Shown here: one piece after another, positions 48,601-59,103 of the stretch | Layout: every line of letters begins with the position of its first letter | Numbering within the stretch: the first letter of the stretch is position 1 | IMG/VR virus record: IMGVR_UViG_2834101283_000005 | Span: 7,010 to 71,009 of that record | Reading direction: 5' to 3' (one strand) | DNA: 64,000 bases | From: a virus | Taxonomy: Duplodnaviria > Caudoviricetes | Notes under the pieces: generated by a model | Database searches by the model: none | What the model saw: only the letters and a program-made list of their open reading frames with translations | What the model was told of the DNA's origin: nothing | Program-made: the position numbers and the translations under genes

Positions 48601-49898
48601 ACGAAATGATGCAGCCTATCTTGGATGCGGAAGGGAACCCTGTGTATGACCGAGCTGGCAATCAGTTGTTCGGTGGTTCTCCCGAAGAAATCGAAAAGCA
48701 GAAACAGGCATGGCTTGAAGCGGATGCAGCAGCCAAAAAGTATGCGGCGACGCTCAAGAACGACGTAAACCAGCAGTTTACCGAGTTTACTAAGAGTGTA
48801 CTAATCCAAGGAGAAAGCTTGCGGGATAAACTCAAAAACCTTTGGAAGCAGCTTGGCGAAGATGCTTTAACGTTACTTTTGAGCGGTGGCAAAGAAGGGA
48901 CAAATTCGCTTCTTGGAAACATCCTGCGTCAATTCGTAAATCGTCATCGTGACCAGAAAGACCAATTTTTAGATGGCCCATATGGCTATAAAATGCCATA
49001 TGACACAACCTTTACAACGTATGCGACTGGTCCCATGTCGGCATATATGAGCAACGGCACCTATCGGCCTAGTATGGCTTCTTGGGGACAAGCAATCGGA
49101 GCAACCGAGCCAGTTGTAGGGGTTGACCCGTTGACAGGTAGCCACTTCTCGACCATCAATACAGCCACATTGGCGAATCCGACACCCGTGTACGTAACTA
49201 ACGCAGCTAACATTGCAGGTGGAATCGGGAACGCAGTTAACTCACTCACTGATGGGCTACCTGCAGGCACGGCTATCCCTGATATGAAATATTCTTTTGG
49301 CGTCGACGGAAGCGTAACCAATATGGCTAAAACTTTGCAAGGTATAGCCGGTTTTACGACTAAATACAACTGGGGGATGCCAACCTCCGGTGGCGGTTGG
49401 GGAGATTTAGCTCTTGGCAATAAGCTTGGTATTTTTGCTAATACACTTCCTTGGCTGTTCCGTTTATTTGGCCATCATGCGAGCGGTGGCAAAGTAGATG
49501 AAGAAGAAATAGCAACCCTTGGCGAAAATGATAAGACCGAATACGTCATCCCTACGGAGCAGAACCGCCCTCGTGGTGTGGCTCTTTGGAAGAAAGCTGG
49601 GGAAGATTTGGGTGTACTCTCAAAAGGTTCCCCGGTAGTCCCGAACTTCAAGAACAAGGAACTTGCCACGAGGGGTGTCATGTCAGTACAAGTCAAACAG
49701 CAGGCAGTCTACATGGAGCAGATGAAGCGGCAGAATCAGACGTTGCTTAACATCCTTTCGGCGATGGCTAATAACCAGGCCAACAACGGCGGTGGCGGAA
49801 CAGCCGTTATGCAGCCGGTTGTCGTTAAGCAGTCTATGGACATGAACGAATTCACTCGGATGTACCAGAAAGGGAAAAGCTACAACTACTTGAAATAA
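45642..49898 (+). CDS. Tape measure protein, exon 2 (peptidase M15-like and phage-lysozyme-like domains); spliced product about 2122 aa
   Basis: In frame with ORF 45669-49898; SKHDDGLAFDL...LHFS; AIGGESSFDP...GIGLMQWT...QLAFMRWE. Confidence 0.88.
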   Translation, partial: KYQWNKAGAMLNYSDFLHALRLSTESYGFTQEQVAMQMDTIARKAEQFQQQLVSLSTGAGNLSSAFKLIIDGARKIVEIADQLSTSQLITFVVSGVLFAKTTAIVGALKSIVSILGTMRALLVSIGTRNFLSNLSATATLPGILKIVGALGMLITLYDVLSGKEADARAIREGQAEEITSQIELEEELLNRKEQSLESIRAYAEGYRAISERLKEANLSEEERNKLLKDQQSTHEALVNIIGEKDAVNVEAHANESAYLDEIISKHKEQIATDRSGLQEKAQGLKTIADAELEYTKQVAENLDIQKQGIGGVIEELIRLGRWWDAIMLKLQDFNRSFDSAMLKNHTRRLQSLQNMKKQGLTNEWGLLGELVGTQSIDEAIAEEQELVNKYSSAVDEDTKSINGAANRTKGEEVTKGLQNIQRYNANMNSILGNGFNQTSKGGSEIDESGGGSGGSGKKGKKRVFDMEGNEIRIPNASNYVTEDGVDRNVTQDTELKLRIMDEAFYRKFGQHLLVSSMKRNRGDGSKHDDGLAFDLVGDILENNPGARQWLSDYGSWIGLTALDEYLPENAHYARGGGNLHFSNNGASIYDILGSAAKTNADFKDNSVQRQLYDALKAENLSDKQAWAAMAAIGGESSFDPGAIQEGMSFEDPKAGIGLMQWTADRKQAYLDFVAQRAAMGGSSDWRDLANQLAFMRWEMNNTEAGSWQEYLNGVTNDTSAEGDVRLFTSKVERAGIPNIANRMQYYGDVSSHYVNGMSLYDSDPSKVKQLTPEQRAEKEAKRLQQYYNTLNKAADTLEKVVGEKYKYAMDVINEDQQLFGQNMENTGKQLDTYQAKLVDDVNITEQYSKVLEKVVNNLSDADSQRLFHMGKDDFLKLELEEQQKLIAGIDAESALYKPILATLNEIVKVKQKIRESDEQYHKDQMEWVKLYQNRTKLRYDKPIQSENDDIREWEITHSNERYDAFYRNIFEQQHLEEIARLAKEKYDEMMQPILDAEGNPVYDRAGNQLFGGSPEEIEKQKQAWLEADAAAKKYAATLKNDVNQQFTEFTKSVLIQGESLRDKLKNLWKQLGEDALTLLLSGGKEGTNSLLGNILRQFVNRHRDQKDQFLDGPYGYKMPYDTTFTTYATGPMSAYMSNGTYRPSMASWGQAIGATEPVVGVDPLTGSHFSTINTATLANPTPVYVTNAANIAGGIGNAVNSLTDGLPAGTAIPDMKYSFGVDGSVTNMAKTLQGIAGFTTKYNWGMPTSGGGWGDLALGNKLGIFANTLPWLFRLFGHHASGGKVDEEEIATLGENDKTEYVIPTEQNRPRGVALWKKAGEDLGVLSKGSPVVPNFKNKELATRGVMSVQVKQQAVYMEQMKRQNQTLLNILSAMANNQANNGGGGTAVMQPVVVKQSMDMNEFTRMYQKGKSYNYLK

Positions 49899-49925
49899 AT
49901 ATTCTCTCTCAAATAATGCAAAAAT

Positions 49926-49965
49926 GTGTCACAAACCGACACTTTGGGACATTATATATAGAGGG
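49926..49965 (+). promoter_or_regulatory. 40-bp conserved phage promoter motif, copy 3
   Basis: GTGTCACAAACCGACACTTTGGGACATTATATATAGAGGG; followed by a GGGACTC/GAGTCCC hairpin and U run. Confidence 0.75.
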
Positions 49966-50011
49966 GTAATTTTTAGGGACTCTCGCGTGGGAGTCCCTTT
50001 CTTTTTACTAG

Positions 50012-50437
50012 GTGATTTATATGAAAGAAAATTTGAATAAATATATTGGGAAAGTCCATGAGTACCAAGGGGCAGGCGACACCTGCGACTGTCTAAATCT
50101 TGTGCAGCAGTTTTATAAAGACCACGGCTACGAACAAGATTTTGACGACGGCAGGCCCAGACCTGCGACCTACGACGAATATATTAAGCACGAACCAACA
50201 CGGCTCATTCGGTACCTTTTGAAGCACTTTGCCGTAACGGAAAACCCCGACGAGCTAGAATACGGAGACGTTATCCTTGTGTTGGTCGATGGCGACCCCC
50301 ACGTCGGCGTTTATGTGGGCGAGGGGAAAGCTCTTGCAATGGAAATTCCGGTAATTTATGGGAAGTCAAAGAGTACGATTTATAGGGCTAGATATTGGAA
50401 GCCTTTCTTTCGTGCGGGATTTAAAAGGAGAAAATAA
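50012..50437 (+). CDS. NlpC/P60-like tail tip assembly protein (lambda gpK-like)
   Basis: CDCLNLV...GDVIL...HVGVYVG. Confidence 0.8.
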   Translation: MIYMKENLNKYIGKVHEYQGAGDTCDCLNLVQQFYKDHGYEQDFDDGRPRPATYDEYIKHEPTRLIRYLLKHFAVTENPDELEYGDVILVLVDGDPHVGVYVGEGKALAMEIPVIYGKSKSTIYRARYWKPFFRAGFKRRK

Positions 50438-51629
50438 ATGGCATTACAGAAATTTCCGTTGCCATATATCTTCGAAATAGACAAGAGTAAAGCGTATGCT
50501 ACCAAATCGGTCAAATTCTACTCCCAGAAGGAACAGGTGCAGATTCAGTCGTTGAACCCTGTTCGCACATGGAAAATTAATGTAAGGGGGACTGCCGACG
50601 AAGCGGCTGTATTAGAGTCCTTTTTTGACGATTGTGTAGGCGATGCTTATCCTTTTCTTTTTACAGACGAAAATGGCGACGAGCAGCAAGTGCGTTTTGC
50701 AGACGCAACACTAAATATAAAGAAATATAGAGATTTTGACAAAGGAAGCGCAACGCATGGCTTTGTGGTTGGTTTTGAAGCGGATATTAACTTGAAGGAG
50801 GTGTTATAACTTGGCAGTATCGTTGCCTGTATCAATGGCCGGAGCAAAAGAGTCCGGCACGACGTTTTTCATTGAACTGTATCGGATTGAGTTACCTAGT
50901 TATGACCTCTTGATTGCTTCGTGCGACCAAGACATCCCCTTTGCAGGAGAAACCTACATGGCTTATCCTGTCAAGCGTGGGGAAATCACAAAGACGGTAG
51001 ATAGCCGTGTCGATAACTGCGACATCGAAATTAGCAACACCAATGACTATTTTACGCTGGCTTTATTAAACGGTAAAAATTTCTTGGGGTGCCGCTGCTA
51101 TATCTATCGGATTCAATACCCCGAAAGCCTGACAGACCCGAATTGTGTGTCGCTAGTCTTTTACGGGCAGATAGACAGCCCGGAACTCTCCGAGGACGCA
51201 ACATTTAAGTGCTCTATCGTGTCGGACATCCCAAACATGGATAGTTGTCGTACAATGGGGTATAACTGTAGCGCAGAATTCGGGGACGAGAATTGCAAAC
51301 ACTCCATCGCAACCGCAAGCGGCTCCTGCCGTCTTGAGACGATGAAATTTGACGGGGTGATGCGGCCAACGTGTTACAGTACCGTCTTGGGCAACGGGTA
51401 TTGGCTCAACGCAATCATAACCATTGACGGCCTGTCTCGCAGGGTTGTTGGGCAGGGGCCAAATTATGTTGTCCTTGAATACGAATTTCCTTCGGAGATT
51501 GATACAAGTGGCGGATTTAAGATTGCACAGAATTGCGACAAGACGGTTCCCTCGTGCAAAGCATATGGCAACTTACATCGCTACGGCGGATTTTTGTACG
51601 TACCGTTTGAATATCAGGTTAAGACGTAA
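50438..51629 (+). CDS. Minor tail proteins (50438-50809 gpM-like; 50811-51629 gpL/DUF2163-like with Cys cluster)
   Basis: Synteny; C...FGD..C and CDKT...C...GN...YGGF. Confidence 0.75.
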
Positions 51630-51644
51630 TGAGAGGTGAATTAA

Positions 51645-54600
51645 TTGGGTAAAGGCGGAGGCAAAGGCGGAAAGTCAGGCTTAGGGAAAGCGTTAGGCCT
51701 TGTTGGGGCTGTGGCCGGGTTTGCATTTCCAGGGATGTTTGGGATTTCTTCTGGGCTTTTATGGGTACAGAGAACAGCCGGAGCCATTATGGGGTTGTCT
51801 TTAGGCCAGACAATCGGGTCGGCATTAGACCCTATTGACCAAGAGACAAAGGCAAGTTCGTTCGATTCCAAGATGAATACCGTCGACTCGGATGCTCGTA
51901 TTCCTTTGGTGTATGGGACCCGAATGATTGGCGGATTACAGTCTTGGCACCAAACCAATTCAGATGATAAATGGTTAATTAAAGACGTAATCCTCGGTGA
52001 AGGGCAGTTCAGTGGTGCATACGGCTTGACAGCCAATGGCTACTTATTGAAACCGAACGGGAATATCCCGACGGTTGTTCGTCAGTACACGACAAACAGC
52101 CACTATATGTCCTCTATCAGCACTGGGAATAATCCTGTTTTTGGGCTAATTAACTGGAAATATCCAGACGCATCCGTTGAAATTAAAAATGGCGGATGGG
52201 GACGGCCCACTGATAACGATAAGCAGCTTATTCTTCGTTGGGGAACCAACGAGGTAAAGATTTGGTTGCAAGACCCAGTAGATTTAAATGACGATAGTTC
52301 CAATGATTATAATTGCTCTTTCTCTTTGTTGTACCAGTATCTCGAAGGGATTCATTATGATACCAATTTTGCAGCGGAAGGGTGGCAAGTAGTCAACCCT
52401 GTTGTTATTTCTGACCCGCCGGAAGATTTAGCTACGTGTAGTCGTACAGGCTGTTACCAAAAGCCAGTCATGTTCCGGCTGGAATCATATGACGCCACAA
52501 ACGATTCATGGATTCAGTTTTTTGATGGCACACAGGGTGCGCCGGAATATTACGAAAAGTCCGGGGCATACCCCAACATGGCATATCTCCATGCGTACCT
52601 TAAATATTCCGACAAGTTGGGGGCAGGGAACCCTACAGTAGTCTGTATTGCACATGGCCGTAAAATTTACGACACACGGACCGGCAAGACCGACTATTCG
52701 GAAAACCCCGCGATGATTGTCCGAGACTTTTTGATTAACCGAACGTTCGGCGCAGGGCATTTCATCACAGCGGACATGCTTGATGAGGATTCCTTTAAGG
52801 ATGTGGCGAATTATTGTGATGAAATTATTACGAGTACCGATGGCGCAGGGCGTTCCATTACGGAACCCCGTTACCGGCTGAATATCGTTGTCAACGAAAA
52901 GCAGACTTATCTTGAGACGTTGCAGAATATGTTGGCTTGCTTTGCCGGGTTCCTCGTATTTACCAACGGGAAAGTAGCACTAAAAGTAGAAAAAGCCGAA
53001 TCGGCGGTTTATTCTTTTACGGACGATAATATTATCGCCGACAGTATTTCCTATAAGGCCGACTCTACGGCAGACAGCCCGAATCGCTACAACGTAAAAT
53101 ACATCGAACCGAACCTTAACTGGACGGCAGTCCCGGTTATCGTGGAAGATTTAGTAAGCCAGGCGGCAAGCCCGATTGGCCGAGGAAAAGTCATTTCCAA
53201 AGATGTTGAGCTGATTGGGGTTACAAGCCAGTCCCAGGCTTCACGGTTAGGGAAAATTTATCGTGACCTTGTACGATTATGCCCCATCACCATGACCTTT
53301 AAAACTGGGATGCAGGGGATGCATTTGGAACCGGGCGATGTCGTGTTGGTTTCGCATAAAATGGTCGTTGAAGGCAAAGAAGTGGATTTGTTCAAGGATA
53401 TGCCGGTGCGTATCTTGCAAATCCAAGACGACAACGGCGAATACACGCTGACTTGTCGTCAATACAACGCATCCATTTATGACGACCGATTCGGTGGTAA
53501 CTTACAACTTCATTCGTATACGCCGATTCAGCCCGGCGACGAGGAAGAAATTATGCCCACGGCTGTCCCTCAACCAGAAAATCTAAGTGCCTACACCGTG
53601 TATAAGCAAGGGCCAGATGGTGCGGTTGCCTACGATTTGGTTGTTAAATATGACTTGCCGGATGGTTATGGAATTGAAACTGGTTTGGTCTATTATAAAA
53701 CCAATGAAGATTACGACTTGGAAAACGCCGGTGTTATTGAAGAAGATGTCCCGGCTGACGAAATTGGTTTTTCTCGTGAGTGGAAATATGCCGGTGACGC
53801 GCCTGGCGAATTCATTTTTAGTAACGTGAATGTGGGCGTAACGTATAAAATCATGGTCCGCTGCCGTAACATTAATGGCGGCGTTTCGTCCGAAGTCGGC
53901 GCGCCTACGGAAACCATTACGATTGCCCGCAAGACAGAAGTCCCGAACACTCCTGCAGGTTTCAGCGTTGTATTTGGGCAAACGTGCAAATTTGTCTGGG
54001 AGCCGGTAACAAACTCTGATGTCGACTTCTACGAATTGCGTAGCGACGAAAACGCAGGCGAACAGGAAGGATTAATTGCTAGAACAACCAACACGAGCGT
54101 TGAAGCTTCATTAACCGAACGGACTGGGACGGTCTATTTGTTCGCTCATAATGCTACAAAAGCCTATGGTTATCCTGCGGTTTTGGAATACAGCAAGGAA
54201 GAACCGCCGACGCCAGAAGTTCCTAAACTAGAGGCTAAATTAGGTGGCTTTAGCATTACTGCCGACCCAATCCCTAATGGATGCATGGGGATGAGCATTT
54301 ATATTAGTGCTTCTGGTGCTGATAATGCAGATACCGTCATCTATACACAAAATAACGTCTACTCTCATATGTGTGGAGCAGGTATTTACGACGTACAGAT
54401 TGCCTACAAGGACATCTTCGGCGAAGGCAATAAGTCTCAAGTCTCAAGCGTCCTTGTAAAAGTGTTGGTTGACAACGACTTTTTGGATGACGAAGCGGTC
54501 AGCGTAGAAAAAATTGATAAGGTTATCCAAGATGCTATCGACCAGGGCATTGAAGCTAAGAATCAAGTAGTCCAGTTAGTTGGCAACTTGAATTCTGAGG

Positions 54601-54944
54601 ATGGGGCAAAGAACTATTCGGCGTTGGTACAGCTTGAAGACGCAATTAATCTGCGAGTCAAAAAGGATGATGTGATTAACCAAATCAATGTATCCCCAGA
54701 GAGTATCTTAATTGATGGTAGCAAGGTTCATGTGACTGGTGACACTATTTTTGATAATAACGTTATCACAAACGGTATGGTTCAAGCCGGAGCCATTTCG
54801 ACCGATAAATTAGCGGCCCAAGATATAGCTATCGGCGTTGACCCGACGACAGGCATTGTGGGTGGCGCAGTTCGGCTTGACGAAAATGGTCTTACGGTAA
54901 CAGGAGATATGGGACGTCGGTTGTCTTTGACGACCAAGGCATGA
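51645..54944 (+). CDS. Central tail tip/host-specificity protein (lambda gpJ-like, FnIII domains)
   Basis: IPLVYG, YPNMAY, YSENPA.I.RD.L, LEPGDVV. Confidence 0.88.
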   Translation: MGKGGGKGGKSGLGKALGLVGAVAGFAFPGMFGISSGLLWVQRTAGAIMGLSLGQTIGSALDPIDQETKASSFDSKMNTVDSDARIPLVYGTRMIGGLQSWHQTNSDDKWLIKDVILGEGQFSGAYGLTANGYLLKPNGNIPTVVRQYTTNSHYMSSISTGNNPVFGLINWKYPDASVEIKNGGWGRPTDNDKQLILRWGTNEVKIWLQDPVDLNDDSSNDYNCSFSLLYQYLEGIHYDTNFAAEGWQVVNPVVISDPPEDLATCSRTGCYQKPVMFRLESYDATNDSWIQFFDGTQGAPEYYEKSGAYPNMAYLHAYLKYSDKLGAGNPTVVCIAHGRKIYDTRTGKTDYSENPAMIVRDFLINRTFGAGHFITADMLDEDSFKDVANYCDEIITSTDGAGRSITEPRYRLNIVVNEKQTYLETLQNMLACFAGFLVFTNGKVALKVEKAESAVYSFTDDNIIADSISYKADSTADSPNRYNVKYIEPNLNWTAVPVIVEDLVSQAASPIGRGKVISKDVELIGVTSQSQASRLGKIYRDLVRLCPITMTFKTGMQGMHLEPGDVVLVSHKMVVEGKEVDLFKDMPVRILQIQDDNGEYTLTCRQYNASIYDDRFGGNLQLHSYTPIQPGDEEEIMPTAVPQPENLSAYTVYKQGPDGAVAYDLVVKYDLPDGYGIETGLVYYKTNEDYDLENAGVIEEDVPADEIGFSREWKYAGDAPGEFIFSNVNVGVTYKIMVRCRNINGGVSSEVGAPTETITIARKTEVPNTPAGFSVVFGQTCKFVWEPVTNSDVDFYELRSDENAGEQEGLIARTTNTSVEASLTERTGTVYLFAHNATKAYGYPAVLEYSKEEPPTPEVPKLEAKLGGFSITADPIPNGCMGMSIYISASGADNADTVIYTQNNVYSHMCGAGIYDVQIAYKDIFGEGNKSQVSSVLVKVLVDNDFLDDEAVSVEKIDKVIQDAIDQGIEAKNQVVQLVGNLNSEDGAKNYSALVQLEDAINLRVKKDDVINQINVSPESILIDGSKVHVTGDTIFDNNVITNGMVQAGAISTDKLAAQDIAIGVDPTTGIVGGAVRLDENGLTVTGDMGRRLSLTTKA

Positions 54945-55705
54945 GCTTTAAAGATTCTTTAGGGAACCGCTTTGCTGGCGTCGGCCGATTTTGTACAGGT
55001 GTTGCTTCCGACGGAGACAAAGTTAGGTTTAGCACCCCTTGGGATGTTGTGCCGTCAGTGCTTATTTTCCCGTCTAATTTACAGACATCTGCTGTTGGAT
55101 ATTCTAATGTCAATATTTACCAAATGGTATCAGCATCTGAAATATCTACAGCCGGATTTACCGTAAACTGCCGGAGTATTTTAAAAGCCGGTTCTGGTGG
55201 ACAGGTTATTGTAAATAAACAGTTTGCCGATTGGAATGGCACTGATGATGGTGGATGGAAAGAATATTCGTATACATTCCCAGTTACATCAAATGCTAAC
55301 TCCATGACATTTGCTGTATCTGTTTCTGGTTGGGGACACGTTATGGAGTATCGGGACCCTCATTATTACCAATATGGGCAATGCAATGTAGATGTAAAAT
55401 GGGTAGTAGATGGCGTAGCTGTTCAGGATTGGACGAATGTTATATATCACGCTCAATCAGCTACAGTAACCAAAAATATAGAAAAAACAATTCCCGTTAC
55501 TGGGAAAAAGAATGTTGTTTTTTATGTAAAATTCTATGGTGGGAAAACTGGTGATGGGAGTGGGGACTTAAGCTATCCACCTTGCTCTGGCACCGCTTAT
55601 GTAAACTATTACAAATCAGATGTCACCACCGACACGGTAATTACTAGAGGGAAGGCCGGTTTTATCGCAGTCGACCCCAATACTGTCCCGTATCGCATTG
55701 AATAG
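54941..55705 (+). CDS. Probable C-terminal module of the gpJ-like protein, separated by a frameshift
   Basis: Its frame extends upstream as GTSVVFDDQG|MSF, continuing LTVTGD; ATGA overlap. Confidence 0.7.
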   Translation: MSFKDSLGNRFAGVGRFCTGVASDGDKVRFSTPWDVVPSVLIFPSNLQTSAVGYSNVNIYQMVSASEISTAGFTVNCRSILKAGSGGQVIVNKQFADWNGTDDGGWKEYSYTFPVTSNANSMTFAVSVSGWGHVMEYRDPHYYQYGQCNVDVKWVVDGVAVQDWTNVIYHAQSATVTKNIEKTIPVTGKKNVVFYVKFYGGKTGDGSGDLSYPPCSGTAYVNYYKSDVTTDTVITRGKAGFIAVDPNTVPYRIE

Positions 55706-55713
55706 GAGGCATT

Positions 55714-55899
55714 GTGGCATACAAAATTTACAAACAAAAATTACTCCATATCCTTGCAGAGCAGCAAGAGGATGGGAGCTACGTCATCAAACCTTATAGG
55801 TACTCAGAAAACGGTGACGTGGAGTTGCTTAATGCGGATAGCACACAAACCATGCCGCAAGAAATTTTTGAACAAAATTATGAAGTAGTGGAGGAATAA
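55714..55899 (+). CDS. Small tail-associated protein
   Basis: SD GGAGG; operonic. Confidence 0.6.
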   Translation: MAYKIYKQKLLHILAEQQEDGSYVIKPYRYSENGDVELLNADSTQTMPQEIFEQNYEVVEE

Positions 55900-58125
55900 G
55901 TGAAGCGACAAGCATTTCAGCGCGGGGAAATCCGCGATTCAAACGACAATATTATCCAAGCCGGTTCATATGGCAAAAAGTCGCCGTTTGTCACAAAGGA
56001 TAACCAAGGTATTCTTGACTATATCATAAACAACTTCCAGGCGTTGTTTGATATGGTCAGCGGAGCCTTTATTTACGTAGACAACTATGCTTCATTGCCC
56101 GAAGCCGGCTTAGATAATGCATTTTATGTGACGAAAGATGACGGTAAGACGTATCGCTGGGACGGGGAATCATGGGTTTTAGTTTCTTCGTCCGTGGATG
56201 GTTTGTCTGCATACGAGATTGCCGTAAATCATGGTTTCGAAGGCAGCGAAGACGAATGGCTTCAAAGCCTTATTTGTCAAGTTATCGACGCCGAAGTGGA
56301 TGATAACGGCAATCTGTTCTTTAATTTCAACAATGGGGTTAAGGTAGAGACACCGATTCAGCCGATTATTGATGCTATAAAATATCGCGACGAAGCAGCG
56401 GAAAGTGCGACCGAGGCGAAAACAAGTGAGACTAACTCGAAGACATCAGAACTTAATGCTAAATCTTCCGAGACAGCAGCTAAAGCGTCGGAGAATGCGG
56501 CGGCGGAATCTGAATCTAATGCCCAGGTCAGCGAAACTAATGCAAAGGCATCCGAAAATTTAGCTCAGGCTTGGGCCGTATCGGAAGGTTCCCCAGACAA
56601 CCAAAGCGACAACGAAAGCCCTACAGGAAAAACTAGAAGTGCTCGTTCATGGGCGTTAGAAACGATTGCGGCGAAAAAAGCTGCGGCAGTATCGGAGGCT
56701 AACGCAAAGGTCAGCGAAACGAACGCCAAGGCGTCCGAAGTGTCTAGTGCCAATAGCGCATCTGCTGCGGCATCATCAGAAACCCATGCGGCAAGTAGCG
56801 AAACGTCCGTGGCCCAAGCGTTAGCTGAAATTAAAGTCATCCAAAATTCCCTTGAGAGCGCGCTCTCAAAAGTTACTGGCATGGCTAAGTATTGTGGCTC
56901 GGTCAATAACTACTCAGACTTGCCGACAAGCGGGAATAAAACTGGTGATGTGTGGAATGTTGTGAATGCTGATTCCTCGCATGAAATCAAAGCTGGTGAC
57001 AATGTTATCTGGAATGGGGCTGGATGGGACAACCTTAGTGGCTTCGTAGATTTGTCCAATTACCCAACGAATGCGGACGTGTCAAAAGCTGTGGTTTCTG
57101 TCACTTACAGCAACGACCAATTAACATTTATTCAAAAGGATGGCAGCCGTATTTCTACTACGGTGAATAATGTTAATTCTGCCGTTAAGGCCACATATGA
57201 TGGTAATGGGCGTAACATAGCCAATACTTACGAAACCCAAAGCGATGCGTCTAGTGCGCATCAAGAACTAAGCGGGTATATTAACGGTATCGTATCTGGG
57301 ACAACAACTGTAGGGAAAGCCAAACAGGATGCTTCCGGCAACATCATCAATGAAACATATTTGCGACAGGATGTAGCTTCGAGTGTTTACGAGAGTAAAT
57401 CGCAAGCTAATAGCTTGGTCAAAACAGTTACGGAAAATGAGGGGAAAGTCACGGTTACGACTCAAGCTGGCTCTCAGAATAGTTTTTACACCGGTTTGAA
57501 CTTATTGCAACGTAATAAGAAATACGCTGTAGGCGATATAGCGTATAGCCCAAATCTTCCTAGTTGGGCATACCTAGAATGTATTCAAGCAGGCACAACG
57601 GGTGCGGCTGAACCCGACCTCCAAAGTAGTGGGGGGGGGGTACTAACGTCTGATGGGAGTGTACGTTGGCGCATTCGAGACAAAAGATGCCGCTATGAAG
57701 TTGGCGATATAGTGCCTAAATTGGTATCACCCAAGGATTACGAATATTTGCTTATATGTGACGGCAGTAGCTTTGATACGAGTAAATACCCTTTATTGGC
57801 TGAGGTGTTCCCGGATGGAGTATTGCCAGATTTAAGAGAGCGGTATCTCGAAGGAGCTGCTACATCAAAACAATATCGGGAAGCAGGGTTGCCGGGGATA
57901 TATGCTGCGGTTGCTGCTAAAGACGCTGTTGCATGGGGGAGTACAGGCGGAGCCTTTTACCTTAGTGGAGATTATTACAATGGGCCATTAGGGAATGGCA
58001 CGCAACCATATGCACAGAATATACTCAATTTCAATGCGTCATTGTGCAGTCCGATTTATGGCAAATCTGATACAGTACAACCTGCTTCTTATACAGTTAC
58101 TTACTATGTGTGTTGCGGAGGATAA
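55900..58125 (+). CDS. Tail fibre protein (AK.SE repeats, tail-collar-like C-terminus) with an in-frame G10 tract at 57631-57640
   Basis: NAKASE repeats; LICDGSSF...LPDLRERY; C-terminal IYGKSDTVQP. Confidence 0.88.
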   Translation: MKRQAFQRGEIRDSNDNIIQAGSYGKKSPFVTKDNQGILDYIINNFQALFDMVSGAFIYVDNYASLPEAGLDNAFYVTKDDGKTYRWDGESWVLVSSSVDGLSAYEIAVNHGFEGSEDEWLQSLICQVIDAEVDDNGNLFFNFNNGVKVETPIQPIIDAIKYRDEAAESATEAKTSETNSKTSELNAKSSETAAKASENAAAESESNAQVSETNAKASENLAQAWAVSEGSPDNQSDNESPTGKTRSARSWALETIAAKKAAAVSEANAKVSETNAKASEVSSANSASAAASSETHAASSETSVAQALAEIKVIQNSLESALSKVTGMAKYCGSVNNYSDLPTSGNKTGDVWNVVNADSSHEIKAGDNVIWNGAGWDNLSGFVDLSNYPTNADVSKAVVSVTYSNDQLTFIQKDGSRISTTVNNVNSAVKATYDGNGRNIANTYETQSDASSAHQELSGYINGIVSGTTTVGKAKQDASGNIINETYLRQDVASSVYESKSQANSLVKTVTENEGKVTVTTQAGSQNSFYTGLNLLQRNKKYAVGDIAYSPNLPSWAYLECIQAGTTGAAEPDLQSSGGGVLTSDGSVRWRIRDKRCRYEVGDIVPKLVSPKDYEYLLICDGSSFDTSKYPLLAEVFPDGVLPDLRERYLEGAATSKQYREAGLPGIYAAVAAKDAVAWGSTGGAFYLSGDYYNGPLGNGTQPYAQNILNFNASLCSPIYGKSDTVQPASYTVTYYVCCGG

Positions 58126-58128
58126 AGA

Positions 58129-58600
58129 TTGAATATAAACGATGTGATTACAGACGGTACGGCAAAATTTGTCGTCCGCTCTATGGGATTTTTGGATTTA
58201 CTGGATGCCCTTCATCCTATTGGAGATATTTATTTGACAGTAAAAGAAGGGACTCCTTTTGCCAAATTTGGTTTCGGCCAGTGGAAACTTGTAGGACAAA
58301 ACAAATGTCTCTGGGGGGGGGGGTACTGATAATGTAGCAGGGACGGAAATCGAAGCAGGTTTGCCAGAAATATATGGCAACACTGATATAGGCGGATTCT
58401 CTGGGATATATTCTGAGGCTAGTGGCGCGTTCCACTCAACGATTGTTGTTCCTAATACTACTGTTGCTACGGTAGCAAGTGCGGACACTCATTTAGAAGT
58501 AGTAGATTTTATGGCTTCTCGGTATAACCCTATTTACGGCAAATCTACTACAGTACAACCACCAGCTTATATAGTATATATATGGCAGCGAATAGCATAG
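58129..58600 (+). pseudogene. Tail tip module 1, frameshifted at G11 (58313-58323)
   Basis: G10 would give QNKCLWGGGTDNVAGTEIEAGLP, colinear with modules 2 and 4. Confidence 0.85.
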
Positions 58601-58612
58601 CAAGGAGGATAT

Positions 58613-59095
58613 ATGCAGGAAAACGATATAATTACAGATGGAGCAGCCAAGTTTAAGGTTGTAAGTAAATCAATGTTACATTGGTTTGACATTATATACC
58701 CAGTTGGGAGTGTATATGCAACAACGAAAAAAGGGAAACCCTTTGAACTTGGCGAATGGGAATTAGTCGGGCAAGACGGGACTCTCTGGGGAGTAGGAGA
58801 AGATGAAGAAGCCGGGCAGAAGAAAGATGCTGGCCTACCGAATGCGACCGGCTCTTTTGCCACCTTTAATTGGTGGGACAAGTCTGGTGCTGGAGAGACT
58901 GCGGATTATGGAGTTATTCGTAGGCGGTACAATAACAATACAAAGGCGAGCACGGTTGCTGATAATAGTGGCGGAAAAGGATTTTTTAATACGTTTATAG
59001 ACGTTGAATTATCAGGCGGGAATGGTATTTATGGCAACTCAGATACAGTTCAACCCCCAGCATACACCGTCTATTTTTGGCATAGAATTGCTTAG
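58613..59095 (+). CDS. Tail tip module 2 (YPVGS-type, no G tract)
   Basis: IITDG..KF.V, YPVGSVY, DAGLPN, IYGNSDTVQPPAY. Confidence 0.85.
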   Translation: MQENDIITDGAAKFKVVSKSMLHWFDIIYPVGSVYATTKKGKPFELGEWELVGQDGTLWGVGEDEEAGQKKDAGLPNATGSFATFNWWDKSGAGETADYGVIRRRYNNNTKASTVADNSGGKGFFNTFIDVELSGGNGIYGNSDTVQPPAYTVYFWHRIA

Positions 59096-59103
59096 GAGGA
59101 TAT

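Noticed and set aside
58110-58337. 75-aa ORF overlapping tip module 1
   Set aside because: Alternative-frame shadow with no SD or motif; the 58129 frame carries the family motifs.
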